A stretch of 64,000 nt of DNA from Phyllosticta citribraziliensis (lineage: Eukaryota), in the NCBI RefSeq assembly GCF_038025025.1, contig NW_027117345.1, positions 1,178,001 to 1,242,000 on the forward strand, read 5' to 3'. Every line of letters starts with the position of its first letter. Within the stretch, counting starts at the first letter, position 1. Positions 61,280 to 64,000 of this stretch are shown here, piece by piece. Below the pieces are notes generated by a model. It had not been told where the DNA came from. It ran no database searches and saw nothing but the letters and a program-made list of their open reading frames with translations. The position numbers were made by a program, and so were the translations under genes.

Positions 61280-64000
61280 CTACGCTGACGCAAAGCGGCT
61301 GTTTCCCCTGAGCCTCTTGCCGTACCGATAGAAAAAGTAAGGAAACCTGTCCAGGGTTACATCACTTGTTAGCCGAGTCCTTTACCATACTGTTGGGATA
61401 TGCATAATGCGGAGAGTCTTACGGTGCCATGGCCAGGGCCAGAAAGGCAAGCACCGAAGTCGCCCACTGGTAGCCCAGATCTGTAAAGTGTCAAGCGCTT
61501 ACGTCAGTGACCGCTCTTTTGACGCCCCCCCGGAGGCCTGTCGACATCATCCTGCTTGTCTCAGCGCGTACTTACTGTTGTACATTTGCACCCCGAAGAG
61601 CGGGAACGCCGCGGCGAAGCTCGACCGAGCGAAGCTATTTGCCGCCAATGCACTTGCTGCATACAGTGGGTACTGCGCTGCGTCAGCATTGCCAAATATG
61701 ACAATCAAGCACTGCAATCGACTCACACAGTCGACGAGGAACGTGAATACCCCTGAGTATACCCAGATCACGCTACCAAGAAACATCAGCCACGTCGGTC
61801 GTCCTAACAAACTCTGCTGACGGCGCGTCTCTTACCCGATGCCAAAAAAGGTCGAAAAGATTATTGGGACTGCAAAAGTCAGAACATTTTCCCCTGGATA
61901 CGAGACGCCCGGAGGAGCCCCATCCGGCGCGATTACGTACCAATCCAGTGAACCTGGGACAAAGGTTAGCTACGCGCCGCGAGACATGTCCGATCCAACT
62001 TACACTGCTATACGTTGTCCAGGCAAACCCTATTGTTGGGCAACAAAGTCAGCCTCAGCTACTGGTGGAAACCAAAACTCAAATCGTCTCCACCTACCAA
62101 AGAGCGCGACTGGCACCACGATCGCTCCAAAAATTGTCGGGGGTAAACGGTACTCGGGCTCAGATCCACCTGGCTCGCCCCCTTGCTCCTCTCGTTGGCG
62201 CACGAGCCGCGCGTAGTTCCTTCTCCACAGGGGGTCGCTCATTATGCCTAGTATCATGCCGACAAACAAGCCCAGGAACGCCAGGCCCACCTGCGACAGG
62301 GAGAAGCCGTGGTTGTTCTCGAAGACCAGGGGGAATGCTCCGAAAAAGAGATACAGGATGCCTAGCAGGATCGCGGAGAGAATGTCTAAGCTCAGACACT
62401 GCGAATAGCATCAGTCAGCCTGGGCTTGTATAAGCGAGCGCAGAAAGTGGCTTGTCACCCACCATGGGTTCGAAGATAAGGAGCTGGAAGGGTCTAATGC
62501 AAGACCACAGCACCGTCTTTGGAATTGATTTGTCCATTTGCTCAATCGGAGCGATCCAAGCGTCATTACCCGTCTCTTGTCGGAGTTTACGAGCCTTGCG
62601 GCGGAGCAACGCAGGGTGATACGTCTCGGGCACAAACAGTGTGATCAGGCACAACTGCACCCCGATCCAGATCAACATGACATAGAAGGTCCACCGGAAG
62701 TTGCTGTACTGGTTGATGAATCCTCCAACCAGCGGTCCCAATTCAGGCCTTGAGCACATGTGTTAGCAACCAAACTCTCTCAGCCGCAATCTTTCCCCAA
62801 GCCTCGACCGTCCGCCATTTGGGAGACGGCTGACCGAGCACTGACAAAACTTGGTCCCTCCCCTTGGCGTGACGGACTTGTACGTCGCAGCTTACAACCG
62901 CAAGAGCGTCTCCACCTGCGGGGCTTGACCCTTTGCAGCAAGTCTTGCCAGGAGACCAGCCTCGTGGCCCAGCCCCCGCCGGCAACACTGATTGCTCAAG
63001 CCTCGCAGATCATGGGGAACACGTAGGGGTCCGGGGAGAATGCTTACCCAATGAATGGTGAGGCCGTGTAAATCATCATGGGCGCCGACAGCTCGTGCCT
63101 CGCAAAGCAATCGCCAACCGTCCCACCGGCTACCGATAGGAAGGCACTACCAGAGAATCCGTCCAGAAACCGCGATACCAATATAGTAGCCATGTTCGGG
63201 GCTACAGCGCTAGGAATGACCCATATTAAGAAGAAGGTATACGAGCCCAGATAGACCGCTCGTCGACCATAGAACTGACGCACTATTAGCAAATCGACGT
63301 CTTGACCGGAAGCAGGTGCGGCGGTCAGCGCGACTGCGTCGTCGTACGTACTTCAGATAGGGGGCTGAGGATCATGGGCCCTACACCAAGGCCGGCTACA
63401 AATAGTGACAGGCCTAGCGTGGCCACCTCGCGTGATGTGTGAAACCTTTGCTCGAGATGCTGGTAAGTGCTGGTGTATAGCGAAGACGTGGCCGCGCTGG
63501 AAACATGGTGGTTAGCCCGAGCTCGCTCACGTACACACAAACCACTGCAGCGATGGGTCTATTGGAATTTGGGATTATTTTTGGGGCGTCTGGCTGCGCT
63601 CAGGACTTGGCAGACAGCGCGCACTTACACGCAAAGCGAGCTGGTGGATACAATGATGACGATGAGCCATCTCCGGGCCATGCTCATGTTCCGCGGATTC
63701 TGCACCGTCTTCGAGGCTTCTGAGTTGGGGAGTGTGTCCCAGCCGACTTCAAACTCCTTTTCCGGGTCTCTGCGCGCACTCCGGCTTCTGCTTCTCGTTC
63801 CAGGGGCAGCTCCCTCCTCGTCCCAGTGTGTATATCCATCGCTTGCAGCATAGGAGCGATGCGACTGGACTGGGTGCAGACTGGCGCGGTCGTCTCTGTC
63901 CTCGGGCTTGATGGGCGCAAAGGTCGCATCGCTCTGGCCGCGCGGTGGGCGCTTCTCGTCGTCGATTGGCGAATGGGCGACGGAGCTCGAACTGCTCGAA
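61280..64000 (-). CDS. Intron-rich MFS transporter, DHA1-like; 5' end lies beyond the window edge
   Basis: Exon peptides FEVGWD...NPRNMS..RRWLI, LGLSLFVAGLGVGPMILSPLSE|FYGRR, VAGGTVGD, GPLVGGFINQY..FRWTFY, PETYHP, PEYRLPP, YPLYAASALAANSFARSSFAAAFPLFG..MY, FPYFFYRYGKRLR; TAG at 61280-61282; more than 10 canonical introns. Confidence 0.9.

Noticed and set aside
63498..63628. Possible micro-exon or twin intron within an MFS intron (internal CAG and GTACGT/GTGAGC)
   Set aside because: A single intron already restores SLCVAATSSLY in frame, and the 10-nt internal exon (to the GTACGT donor) would frameshift.

Overview
Eukaryotic, GC-rich, intron-containing DNA from a filamentous ascomycete (Pezizomycotina; species not identifiable from sequence alone). 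Gene models were spliced by hand using GT/GC donors, CTRAC-type branch points and YAG acceptors. Conserved genes: two DHA1-type MFS transporters, tRNA-Ser(AGA), a secreted intradiol dioxygenase-like protein, an IFRD-family protein, a C2H2/fungal-TF-domain regulator, an NTF2/SnoaL-like protein, a molybdenum cofactor sulfurase-like PLP enzyme without a MOSC domain, an ABCG half transporter, a hydroxyacid-oxoacid transhydrogenase (Fe-ADH family), a mini SET/post-SET protein, riboflavin kinase and the gluconeogenic regulator AcuK/Ert1. Between about 31.9 and 39.2 kb lies an orphan island of co-oriented small genes and stop-disrupted pseudogenes with RIP-like changes. It contains an exact 33-bp-period, 7-unit array with a conserved head and variable tail, whose first unit is the perfect reverse complement of the neighbouring gene's 3' splice site. 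Other notable signals are a 1.18-kb riboflavin kinase intron with a candidate poison exon, a strongly self-complementary ABC transporter intron, and a GC-AG intron splitting the AcuK zinc cluster. No transposase, CRISPR-Cas or rRNA was seen, and most ORF-track entries are spurious. No database searches were run, so all calls rest on motif recognition.
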